Assembly: GCA_963849525.1 (NCBI GenBank)
Contig: CAWKHL010000004.1
Location: 48,509-112,508, forward strand
Direction of reading: 5' to 3'
DNA from: an uncultured Acidobacteriota bacterium
GTDB lineage: Bacteria > Acidobacteriota > Vicinamibacteria > Vicinamibacterales > SCN-69-37
Length of the DNA: 64,000 bases
Shown: positions 1-10,480 of the stretch, piece by piece
Layout: each line of letters opens with the position of its first letter
How positions within the stretch are numbered: position 1 is the first letter of the stretch
The notes under the pieces: generated by a model
What the model saw: the letters and a program-made list of their open reading frames with translations, nothing else
What the model was told of the DNA's origin: nothing
Databases searched by the model: none
Translations under genes and position numbers: made by a program

Positions 1-2
1 AC

Positions 3-692
3 CTGCCCCGCGGCTTCCACGAGGCCGTCAAGACGTTCCTCGACAAGTTTCCCGCCAAGATCGACGACTACGACAGGCTGCTCACGAAGAACGAGATCTG
101 GATCAAGCGCACGAAGGGCGTCGGCCGGTTGTCGCGCGAGGACACGATTGCGATGGGCGTCGTCGGCCCCATGGCGCGCGCCGTGGGAGTGCCGTACGAC
201 GTGCGCAAGGTGTTTCCGTACCTCAAGTACGACACGTTCGATTTCGCGGTGCCGACCCAGACCGACGGCGACGTGTACTCGCGCTACCTCGTCAAGCTGG
301 AGGAGATGCGCCAGAGCACGAAGATCTGTCAGCAGGCGCTCGCCCGGATCTCGCCGACGGGCGCGTTCGACTGCGGCGACTACCGCATCGTGCCGCCGCC
401 CAAAGACCGCGTGTACACCGAGATGGAAGCGCTGATTCAGCACTTCCTCATCTACTCGCAAGGGTTCAACGTGCCGGCGGGGGAGTGCTACGTGCCCATC
501 GAAGGGCCGCGCGGCGAGCACGGGTTCTACATCGTGTCGGACGGCTCGAACCGGCCCTGGCGCGTGAAGTGCCGGGCGCCGTCGTTCATCGCCTGCCAGG
601 CCCTGCCGAAGATGATCGAAGGCGGCTTGATCGCCGACGTCATCGCCGTCATCGGCTCGACGGACGTGGTCATGGGAGATGTGGACAGGTGA
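3..692 (+). CDS. nuoD: NADH-quinone oxidoreductase subunit D, C-terminal part (5' end outside window)
   Basis: Frame open from window edge (codons phased on nt 3) to TGA 690-692. Translation (..GVVGPMARAVGVPYDVRK..GDVYSRYLVKLEEMRQS..IEGPRGEHGFYIVSDG..) is the conserved 49-kDa subunit C-terminus. nuoE and nuoF follow. Confidence 0.92.
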   Translation: MPRGFHEAVKTFLDKFPAKIDDYDRLLTKNEIWIKRTKGVGRLSREDTIAMGVVGPMARAVGVPYDVRKVFPYLKYDTFDFAVPTQTDGDVYSRYLVKLEEMRQSTKICQQALARISPTGAFDCGDYRIVPPPKDRVYTEMEALIQHFLIYSQGFNVPAGECYVPIEGPRGEHGFYIVSDGSNRPWRVKCRAPSFIACQALPKMIEGGLIADVIAVIGSTDVVMGDVDR

Positions 693-699
693 GGGACAC

Positions 700-776
700 G
701 GTTCTGGGGTTCCGAGGTTCTGGGGTTCCGGGGTTCCGGTTCCACGGTTCCGAGGTTCCGGGGTTCCGGGGTTCTG
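700..776. repeat. Tandem 8-nt array, GGTTCYGG/GGGGTTCC family (~9 units)
   Basis: ggttctggggttccgaggttctggggttccggggttcc... directly after the nuoD stop. Same unit family as 35558-35679. Confidence 0.85.
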
Positions 777-784
777 CCTGACGC

Positions 785-977
785 GAGCGCCGCAGCGCGA
801 GCGAGCGGGGGTGGGGCCCCGCGAGTGAACAGATGGTCCGCGCGAGGAGAGCGAGTCTTCGAGCGCCGCAGCGCGGGCGAGCGGGGGTGGGGCCCCGCGA
901 GTGAACAGATGGTCCGCGCGAGGAGAGCGAGTCTTCGAGCGCCGCAGCGCGGGCGAGCGGGGGTGGGGCCCCGCGAG
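785..977. repeat. 76-bp tandem repeat, ~2.5 copies (GC-rich intergenic repeat family)
   Basis: Units start at 785, 861 and 937 and are nearly identical. Each carries the core GCGAGCGGGGGTGGGGCCCCGCGAG (801-825, 877-901, 953-977). Confidence 0.9.
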
Positions 978-1033
978 CGAGTAAAGGAAGATGACGCGTT
1001 GAATCGCGGGGGCGAAGCCCCCCGGAGTGAGAA

Positions 1034-1645
1034 ATGACCTTTCACCCAACGATGGACTACGGCCGCGGGCATCACCAGTCGGCCCGCGCACTGCCAGAAG
1101 AGGGGCCGGCGTTCGTCTACACGGCCGAGCGGCGCGCCGAGCTGGACGAGATGCTCGCCCGGTATCCGCCCGACCAACGGAAGTCGGCGATTCTGGCCGC
1201 GCTCTACCTGGTCCAGGCGCAGCAGGGGTATCTGACGCGCCGCGGGATGGCGCACGTCGCCGAGGTGATCGGCTGCACCGCCGCCGACGTTGAGGACGTC
1301 GCGTCGTTCTACACGATGTTCTACACGCGGCCGGTCGGCCGGTACGTGATCCAGGTCTGCCGGACGCTCTCGTGCGCGCTCGCCGGCGCCGAGCGGGTGA
1401 CCGAGGCGCTGTCGAACGTGCTGGGGGTCGCGCCGGGCGGCACCGACGCGGCCGGCGAGTTCACCCTCGTCGAGGTGGAATGTCTCGGTGCGTGCGACCG
1501 CGCGCCGGTCGTGGGCGTGAACGATTTGTGGCAGGAGTGCCAGCACGCCGATGGCGTCCGGGCCCTCGTCGACGACCTGCGCGCCCGAGGCGACGCGGCC
1601 GTGACCGGGTGCCACTTGAGAGTGGAAAGACGCGAGACAAGTTAG
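1034..1645 (+). CDS. nuoE: NADH-quinone oxidoreductase subunit E (24-kDa, 2Fe-2S)
   Basis: 203-aa ORF. ..YPPDQRKSAILAALYLVQ..CRTLSCALAG..VECLGACDRAPV.. matches the NuoE thioredoxin-like 2Fe-2S cysteine pattern. Lies between nuoD and nuoF. Exact start uncertain. Confidence 0.9.
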   Translation: MTFHPTMDYGRGHHQSARALPEEGPAFVYTAERRAELDEMLARYPPDQRKSAILAALYLVQAQQGYLTRRGMAHVAEVIGCTAADVEDVASFYTMFYTRPVGRYVIQVCRTLSCALAGAERVTEALSNVLGVAPGGTDAAGEFTLVEVECLGACDRAPVVGVNDLWQECQHADGVRALVDDLRARGDAAVTGCHLRVERRETS

Positions 1646-1700
1646 AAGTCAGAAGACAGAAGTTGGAACTTCTGACTTCTGGCTTCTAACTTCCGACTTC
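1641..1700. repeat. Inverted pair of AGAAGNN heptamer arrays (imperfect ~24-bp hairpin)
   Basis: gttagaagtcagaagacagaagtt and aacttctgacttctggcttctaac are reverse complements with 2 mismatches. The nuoE stop TAG (1643-1645) lies inside the first unit. Confidence 0.85.
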
Positions 1701-1711
1701 TTTCATCGCCA

Positions 1712-3028
1712 GTGCCATTTATGGATCCAATCCTGACCCGCGACGTTCGTGAGCCCAACAGCTACACCCTCGACTTCTATATGAAGCACGGGGGCGGCTA
1801 TGGCGCGCTCAAGAAGGCGCTCGGCATGACGCCCGACGCCGTCGTCGACGCGGTGAAGCAGTCGGGGCTGCGCGGGCGGGGCGGCGCGGGGTTTCCGACC
1901 GGCATGAAGTGGCAGTTCGTCGACAAGAAGTCGGCCAAACCGAAGTACATCTGCTGCAACGCCGACGAGAGCGAGCCCGGCACGTTCAAGGACCACGTGC
2001 TGATGGAGCGCAATCCGCACCTGCTCTTCGAGGGCTGCCTCATCGGCTGCTACGCGATTGGCGCGAAGGTCGCCTACATCTACATCCGGGGCGAGTTCTA
2101 CCACGTGCAGCAGGTGCTCGAAGCCGAGCTGGCCAAGGCTCGCGCGGCGGGACTCATCGGCAAGAACATCTTCGGCAGCGGCTTCGACTGCGACATCTTC
2201 ATCCATCGGGGCGCCGGCGCGTACGAAGCGGGCGAGGAGACCGCGCTCCTCGAGTCGCTCGAGGGCAAGCGCGCGCAGCCGCGGCTCAAGCCGCCGTTTC
2301 CCGCCGTGGCGGGCCTCTACGGCTGTCCAACCGCGGTGAACAACGTCGAGACGCTGTGCAACGTGCCCCTCATCATCGACCGCGGCGCCGAGTGGTTCGC
2401 CGGGATTGGCCCGGAGAAGAACAGCGGCCCGAAGCTCTACTGCCTGAGCGGCCACGTGCGGAAGCCCGGCGTCTATGAGGCGTCGATGGACGTGACGCTC
2501 CGCGACCTGATCTATGACGATCGGTTCGGCGGCGGCATCCGCGGCGGCCACGCGCTCAAGGCCGTCATTCCCGGCGGCTCCTCCGTGCCCGTGCTGCTCC
2601 CCGACCAGCTCGACATTCCCGCCAGCTTCGATGGCGTGGCCAAGGCCGGTTCGATGCTCGGCTCGGCCGGCATCATCGTCATGGACGAGACGACGTGCAT
2701 GGTGTGGGGGGCGGTGAACCTGCTGCATTTCTACAAGCACGAGTCGTGCGGCAAGTGCACGCCGTGCCGCGAGGGCTGCGACTGGCTCCATCGCCTGCTG
2801 CTGAAGATCGAGCGGGGGGAGGGCGAGACGCGCGACCTCGACCTGCTGCTCTCGGTCGCGGGCAACATCCTCGGCAAGACGCTCTGCGCGTTCGGCGACG
2901 CCGCCGCGACGCCGGTGCTCTCGACCGTCAAGACGTTCCGCGCCGAGTACGAGGCGCACATCCGCGAGGGCCGGTGCACCGTCCCCGCGCCGTGGCGGGC
3001 CGACGCGGTTCTGGCGGGAGCGCACTGA
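1712..3028 (+). CDS. nuoF: NADH-quinone oxidoreductase subunit F (51-kDa, FMN/NADH-binding)
   Basis: 438-aa ORF. GLRGRGGAGFPTGMKW (FMN/NADH site), ADESEPGTFKD and ESCGKCTPCREG (4Fe-4S) motifs. Confidence 0.95.
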   Translation: MPFMDPILTRDVREPNSYTLDFYMKHGGGYGALKKALGMTPDAVVDAVKQSGLRGRGGAGFPTGMKWQFVDKKSAKPKYICCNADESEPGTFKDHVLMERNPHLLFEGCLIGCYAIGAKVAYIYIRGEFYHVQQVLEAELAKARAAGLIGKNIFGSGFDCDIFIHRGAGAYEAGEETALLESLEGKRAQPRLKPPFPAVAGLYGCPTAVNNVETLCNVPLIIDRGAEWFAGIGPEKNSGPKLYCLSGHVRKPGVYEASMDVTLRDLIYDDRFGGGIRGGHALKAVIPGGSSVPVLLPDQLDIPASFDGVAKAGSMLGSAGIIVMDETTCMVWGAVNLLHFYKHESCGKCTPCREGCDWLHRLLLKIERGEGETRDLDLLLSVAGNILGKTLCAFGDAAATPVLSTVKTFRAEYEAHIREGRCTVPAPWRADAVLAGAH

Positions 3029-3260
3029 GAAAGTTAGAAGTTGGAAGACAGAAGTGAGAAGTAAGTGAGAAGAAAGAAGTAAAACGTGAGAAGTGAGAAG
3101 ACAGAAGTTGGAAGTACGTGAGAAGTGACGGGCGGAACGATGAGAGTTGGGCAAGGATCTCGCGATGAGGGGAGAGCGGTGAAACGAATGTTGGCGGCGG
3201 GAGGCGGGATGCGGCGGCGCACGACTTCTCACTTCTGTCTTCTAACTTTTGACTTTTAAC
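3029..3260. repeat. AGAAGNN heptamer arrays in inverted orientation around a ~93-nt unique core
   Basis: Left array 3029-3129 (gttagaa gttggaa gacagaa gtgagaa ...). Right array 3223-3260 (acttctcacttctgtcttctaactttt...) is its reverse complement type. Fills the whole nuoF-nuoH spacer. Confidence 0.85.
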
Positions 3261-3265
3261 GTGCC

Positions 3266-4291
3266 ATGACTGCCACCCTAATCGCCCAGCTCGTCGTCAT
3301 CGGGTTCACGTTCTTCATGCTGCTGAACTCGGCGGCGATCCTCGTCTACATGGAGCGCAAGGTCGCGGCGTTCATCCAGCAGCGGTACGGCCCGTACCTG
3401 GTCGGGCCGAAGGGCCTGATGCAGCCGCTCGCCGACATCATCAAGCTCATGTTCAAGGAAGAGCTGCGGCCGAAGTCGGCCGACGCGCTGCTCTTCTACC
3501 TGGCGCCGATCCTGTCGGCGACGGCCGCGTTCGCCGCCTTCTCGGTCATCCCGTTCGGCGCCGACACGACGTTCTTCGGGCTGCTGTCCCAGCCCGTGCA
3601 TCTGGCCGCCGCCGACGTGAACGTCGGCATCCTGGTCATCTTCGCGATCACGTCGATGGGCGTGTACGGCATCGTGCTCGCCGGCTGGAGCTCGAACAGC
3701 AAGTACTCGCTGCTCGGCGGGCTCCGGTCGTCGGCGCAGATGATCAGCTACGAACTGTCCTACGGCCTCTCGTTTGCCGCCGTGATCATGCTGGCCGGCT
3801 CGCTCTCGCTGCACACGATTGTCGACCAGCAGGCGGGCTACTGGCTGCACGTGATTCCGAAGTGGTTCATCTTCATCCAGCCCCTCGGGTTCTTCATCTT
3901 TCTCACGGCGGGGGTGGCCGAGACGAACCGGGCGCCCTTCGACTTCCCCGAAGCGGAGCAGGAGCTGGTCGCCGGCTACCATACCGAGTACAGCTCGATG
4001 AGCTTCGCGCTGTTCTTCCTGGCCGAGTACGTGAACATGGTCACGGTCTCGGCCGTGGCGACCGACCTGTTCCTCGGCGGGTGGCACGGGCCGTTTCTCC
4101 CCGAGTGGCTGGGGTGGATCTGGTTCCTCGTGAAGGTCGGCGCGCTGCTGTTCTTCTATATTTGGATGCGCTGGACGCTGCCGAGGTACCGGTACGACCA
4201 GCTGATGGAGTTCGGCTGGAAGTGGCTGCTGCCGCTGGCCGTGGTGAACCTGCTGGTGACGGCCGGCGTGGTCATCTACATGGGCGTCTAG
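3266..4291 (+). CDS. nuoH: NADH-quinone oxidoreductase subunit H
   Basis: 341-aa polytopic ORF with the ND1/NuoH signature ..GVAETNRAPFDFPEAEQELVAGYHTEYSSM.. Confidence 0.95.
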   Translation: MTATLIAQLVVIGFTFFMLLNSAAILVYMERKVAAFIQQRYGPYLVGPKGLMQPLADIIKLMFKEELRPKSADALLFYLAPILSATAAFAAFSVIPFGADTTFFGLLSQPVHLAAADVNVGILVIFAITSMGVYGIVLAGWSSNSKYSLLGGLRSSAQMISYELSYGLSFAAVIMLAGSLSLHTIVDQQAGYWLHVIPKWFIFIQPLGFFIFLTAGVAETNRAPFDFPEAEQELVAGYHTEYSSMSFALFFLAEYVNMVTVSAVATDLFLGGWHGPFLPEWLGWIWFLVKVGALLFFYIWMRWTLPRYRYDQLMEFGWKWLLPLAVVNLLVTAGVVIYMGV

Positions 4292-4295
4292 AGAC

Positions 4296-4823
4296 GTGGC
4301 GATTATGGGTGGGCTTCTCTTCTGGATCTTCGCGGTCGTGTCGGTGGTGGCGTCGGTGCTCGTCGTCGGGCAGCGCAACCCGATGTACAGCGTCCTGCTG
4401 CTCATCGTCTCGTTCGGCGCGCTGTCGGGGCTCTACATCCTGCTCGGCGCGCCGTTCGTCGCCGCCATTCAAATCATCATCTACGCCGGGGCCATCATGG
4501 TCCTGTTCCTCTTCGTCGTCATGCTGCTGAACGTGCCGACCGAGACGCCGCCGTCCGGCGAGCGGCTGCGGCTGCTCGGCGGCGCGGGCCCGCGGCACTT
4601 CGGGGCGGTGCTGTCGGTCGTGCTGGCCGTCGAGTTGGGCGTGGCGCTCTGGCAGCTGCAGGCGACGCCGCTGCCGTCCGGACCGGCCGGGCAGGCGGTC
4701 TCGGTGTTCGAGATCGGCGTGCGGCTGTTCCGGACCTACGCGTTCGCGTTCGAGGCGACGTCGGTCCTCATTCTCGTCGCGATGGTCGGCGCGATCGTGC
4801 TGGCGCGAAGGGAAACGCGATGA
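4296..4823 (+). CDS. nuoJ: NADH-quinone oxidoreductase subunit J
   Basis: 175-aa hydrophobic ORF. ..NPMYSVLLLIVSFGALSGLYILLGAPFVAAIQIIIYAGAIMVLFLFVVMLL.. is ND6/NuoJ-like. Starts 4 nt after nuoH. Confidence 0.9.
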   Translation: MAIMGGLLFWIFAVVSVVASVLVVGQRNPMYSVLLLIVSFGALSGLYILLGAPFVAAIQIIIYAGAIMVLFLFVVMLLNVPTETPPSGERLRLLGGAGPRHFGAVLSVVLAVELGVALWQLQATPLPSGPAGQAVSVFEIGVRLFRTYAFAFEATSVLILVAMVGAIVLARRETR

Positions 4824-4863
4824 GAAGTTCGAAGTTCGAAGTGTCGAAGTTCGAAGTGCTGAC

Positions 4864-5184
4864 GTGAGTCTTATGCTGCCTGAACCAACGCTCAACGCGT
4901 ATCTGATTCTGTCGGCGGTGCTGTTCGCCATCGGGACCGCCGGCGTGTTCCTGCGCCGGAACCTGATCACGATCCTTCTGTCGATCGAGGTCATGCTGAA
5001 CGCCGTGAACCTGACGTTCGTCGCGGTTGGCCGGTTTCTGGGTACGGTGGACGGGCAGATCATCGTGTTCTTCGTCATGACGGTCGCGGCCGCCGAGGCG
5101 GCGGTCGGCCTGGCCATCGTGATCGCGCTCTTCCGGCACCGCGAGTCGCTCAATCCGGACGCCTTTACGAGTCTGAAATGGTAA
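4864..5184 (+). CDS. nuoK: NADH-quinone oxidoreductase subunit K
   Basis: 106-aa ORF with three TM segments. ..LLSIEVMLNAVNLTFVA..VAAAEAAVGLAIV.. is typical of ND4L/NuoK. Start may be ATG 4873. Confidence 0.9.
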   Translation: MSLMLPEPTLNAYLILSAVLFAIGTAGVFLRRNLITILLSIEVMLNAVNLTFVAVGRFLGTVDGQIIVFFVMTVAAAEAAVGLAIVIALFRHRESLNPDAFTSLKW

Positions 5185-5299
5185 TGACCGAAGCGAACGA
5201 GCGGACGCGAGAGAGCTCGCGGGAGCGGCGCGGGGCACATGGGGCCCCCGCAAGCGACCGCGTTGGGGGGGGCGCGGGGGCGCAGCCCCCCGAGCAAGC

Positions 5300-7298
5300 A
5301 TGATGCTGCTGCTGATTCCCCTTTTCCCGTTTCTCGGATTTCTGGTCAACGCGACGATCGGCCGCCGCCTGTCGAAGAGCGTGTCGGGCGGAGTGGCCAC
5401 CGGCGCGATGGCGCTGTCGTTCGGCGTCGCATTCCGGGCCGTGATCGCGCTGCTCTCGGTCGAGCCCACGGGCGGCGTGCGGACGATCGACCAGGTCGTC
5501 TACACGTGGATCGCGTCGGGCCGGCTGAACGTGCCGCTGGCGTTCCATCTCGACCCGCTCGCGTCGGTGATGGTGCTGGTCGTCACCGGGATCGGCACGC
5601 TGATCCATCTGTATTCGACGGCCTACATGCACGAGGAGCGCGACGGCGAGTTCGCGCGCTATTTCTCGTACCTGAACCTCTTCGCGGCGTTCATGCTCGT
5701 GCTGGTGCTCGGCGCGAGCTTCCCGGTGATGTTCGTCGGCTGGGAGGGCGTCGGGCTGTGCTCGTACCTGCTGATCGGATTCTGGTTCACGAAGCAGAGC
5801 GCGGCTGACGCCGGCAAGAAGGCGTTCATCGTCAACCGCATCGGCGACTTCGGGTTCATCCTCGGGATGTTCTGGCTGTTCAAGCTCTTCGGCACGCTGG
5901 ACTTCCAGCAGGTGGCCACGCACGTGGCCGCCTTGCCGCCTGAGCTCGTCTTCGGCCCGCTGACGGGCATCACGCTGCTCCTGTTTCTCGGCGCGACGGG
6001 CAAGTCGGCGCAGCTGCCGTTGTACGTCTGGCTGCCGGACGCCATGGAGGGCCCGACGCCGGTGTCGGCCCTCATCCACGCCGCCACGATGGTGACGGCC
6101 GGCGTGTACATGATCGGCCGCAATGCCGTGCTGTTCAGCCACGCGCCGCAGACCCTCGAGGTCGTGGCCATTGTCGGGTGTCTGACGGCGTTCATGGCCG
6201 GGACGATCGGCCTCGTGCAGAACGACATCAAGCGCGTGCTGGCCTACTCGACCGTCTCGCAGCTGGGCTACATGTTCCTCGCGATGGGCGTGGGCGCGTT
6301 CGCCGGCGGGATCTTCCACCTCTACACGCACGCGTTCTTCAAGGCGCTCCTCTTCCTGGGATCGGGCGCGGTGATCCACGCGCTTCACGGCGAGCAGGAC
6401 ATCCGCAAGATGGGCGGGCTGCGCAAGGAACTGCCCGTCACGTTCTGGACGTTCCTCATCGCCACGCTGGCCATCACGGGCGTGCCCGGACTCGCCGGGT
6501 TCTTCTCGAAGGACGAGATCCTCGGCCGGACGTACGCGGGCGGGCACCACGTGCTGTGGGCCGTGGGCGTCATCACGGCGCTCCTCACGGGCGTCTACAT
6601 GTTCCGGCTGGTCTATCTCACGTTCTTCGGTCCGCCGTCGCCGGAACTGGCCGCGCTGCGCGCGGGCGCGGATCACGGGGCGCACGGCGGCCACACCCGC
6701 CACCTGCACGACGCGCCGCCGGCGATGGCGATTGCGCTCGTCGTGCTGGCGATTGGCTCGGTGCTCGCCGGCTACGCAGGTGTGCCGCGCGTGCTCGGCG
6801 GCGGCGAGCGCATCGACGCGTTCCTCGCGCCGAGCTTCCGCGCGCCCATCGTGACCACGGCCGGCGCGGAGGTGCTGCCGGCCGCGCCCGAGGAGGCGAG
6901 CGTCATGAGCACGTCGGGCGAAGTCGGGCTGATGACCGTCTCGACGGTGTTCGCGCTTGGCGGCATCGGCCTGGCGACGTTCTTGTTCCTCCGCCGCCGG
7001 TCGGCGGCCGCGGCGCTGGCCGAGCGGTTCAGCGGGCTGCACCGGCTCCTGCTCGGGAAGTATTTCGTTCGACGAGTTCTACAACGCGGCGATCGTGCAG
7101 CCCCTCAAACGCCTCTCGACGAGCGTGCTCTGGCGGGGCGTTCAACGTGGGGGGCATCGACGGGACGGTCAACGCGGTCGGCCTCGTCGTGCGCGGGTGG
7201 AGCGCCGTGCTGCGCCGGCTCCAGACGGGGTCGGTGCGGGCGTATGCGATGTCGCTGTTCATGGGCGTGGTCGTGATCCTGGGGTACTACTTGTGGCG

Positions 7299-7302
<4 letters not shown>
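5300..7302 (+). pseudogene. nuoL: NADH-quinone oxidoreductase subunit L, reading frame broken twice (+1, +1) near the 3' end
   Basis: Conserved NuoL runs in the frame of 5300 up to ..LLLGKYF (about 7066). It continues FDEFYNAAIVQPLKRLSTSVLWRG in the next frame (7068-7139), then FNVGGIDGTVNAVG..YYLWR* in the third frame, ending at 7302. The tail of the 658-aa track ORF is out of frame. Confidence 0.9.
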
Positions 7303-8971
<1,669 letters not shown>

Positions 8972-8975
<4 letters not shown>

Positions 8976-10465
8976 TGAGGACCGACCTTGCCGCCGTCAC
9001 TCCGCTCCTCATTGTCGTGCTCTCCGCGTGCGCGGTCTTGCTCGCCGAGTCGTTCCGGCCGAAGAACGAGACGATGCCGCTCGGCGTGCTGGGAGCCATC
9101 GGGCTGGTCGGCGCGATGGTCGCGTCGGTGTTCCTCTGGGACCGCAGCCTGACCGGCTTTGGCGTCATCGTCGTCGATCACTTCACCATCTTCTTCAACG
9201 TCACGCTCTGCGGGATCGGGCTGCTCACGATCCTCTTGTTCACCGGATCGGCGGCGCGCGACCAGTTGCCGATGGGCGAGTACTACGCGCTCATGCTGTT
9301 CTCGGTCGCCGGCATGATGCTCATGGCGTTGACGCGCGACCTGCTGGTGATCTTCATCGCGCTCGAGATCATGTCGCTGGGCGTCTACGTGCTGACCGGC
9401 CTCAAGCGATCGAGCGCGCGGGGAGCCGAGGCCGCGTTCAAGTACTTCGTGCTCGGCGCGTTCTCGAGCGCGTTCTTCCTCTACGGCATCGCGTTCGTGT
9501 ACGCGCTGTCCGGCACGACCCAGCTCGACGGCCTCGCCGCGCGCGTCGCCGCGTCGGGGGCGCACCCGGGCGCGATGGTCGTGCTGGCGATGGTGTTCCT
9601 GCTGGTGGGCTTTGCCTTCAAGGTGTCGGCGGTGCCGTTCCATATGTGGACGCCCGACGCGTACGAAGGCGCGCCGACGCTCGTGACCGGGTTCATGTCC
9701 ACGGGCGTCAAGGCGGCGGCGTTTGCCGCCTTCTTGCGCGTGTTCCTCTCGGCCCTTGCGCCGCTCCACGTCCACTGGGCGCCGGTGCTCGCCGGGATCG
9801 CCGGCCTGACGATGTTGATCGGCACCATCGTCGGCGTGGTGCAGTCGAACGTGAAGCGGATGCTGGCCTATTCGAGCATCGCCCACGCCGGGTATCTGCT
9901 GGTCGGCCTCATCGCGGGGAGCGCGGCCGGCAAAGCGTCGGTGCTCTTCTATCTGGTGGCGTACGGCGTGACCAATCTCGGCGCGTTCGGCGTGCTGGCC
10001 GCGCTTTCGAGCGCCGATCGCCCGCACGACGAAGTCCGCGACTTTGCCGGGCTGGCGCGCGAGCGGCCGGGGCTGGCCGCGCTGCTCACGGTGTTTCTCC
10101 TGTCGCTGGGAGGCTTTCCGCCGACGGTCGGGTTCGTGGCCAAGTGGTACGTCTTCGCCGCGGCCGTGCAGCAGGGCCTCGTCGCCCTCGCGCTCCTCGG
10201 CGTCCTGACCAGCGTGATCTCCGTCTTCTTCTACCTGCGCATCGTCGTCATGATGTACATGACGGAGGCGCACTCGGTCGAGCCGCGCCCCAAAGTGCCC
10301 GCGTTGGCGCTTGCAGGCATGCTCATCGCCCTGGCCGCCGTCTTCTATTTTGGCGTGCTGCCCGGCCACCTCATCTCGCTCGCCGCCGATTCGGTGTCGT
10401 CGATTCTTTTGATCAACGGCTTGGCGCTCGGCGCCCATACAGGCATTGAAACATGGAGTTCATGA
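8972..10465 (+). CDS. nuoN: NADH-quinone oxidoreductase subunit N
   Basis: 497-aa polytopic ORF. ..FKVSAVPFHMWTPDAYEGAPT..MLAYSSIAHAGYLL.. is ND2/NuoN. Start overlaps the nuoM stop. Confidence 0.93.
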
Positions 10466-10480
10466 AGGCTGCACGCAGAT

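Noticed and set aside
3130-3222. Unique core between the nuoF-nuoH arrays as a remnant of a second four-helix-bundle gene
   Set aside because: Translation in all six frames showed no similarity to the 30233-30603 protein or to any recognisable domain.
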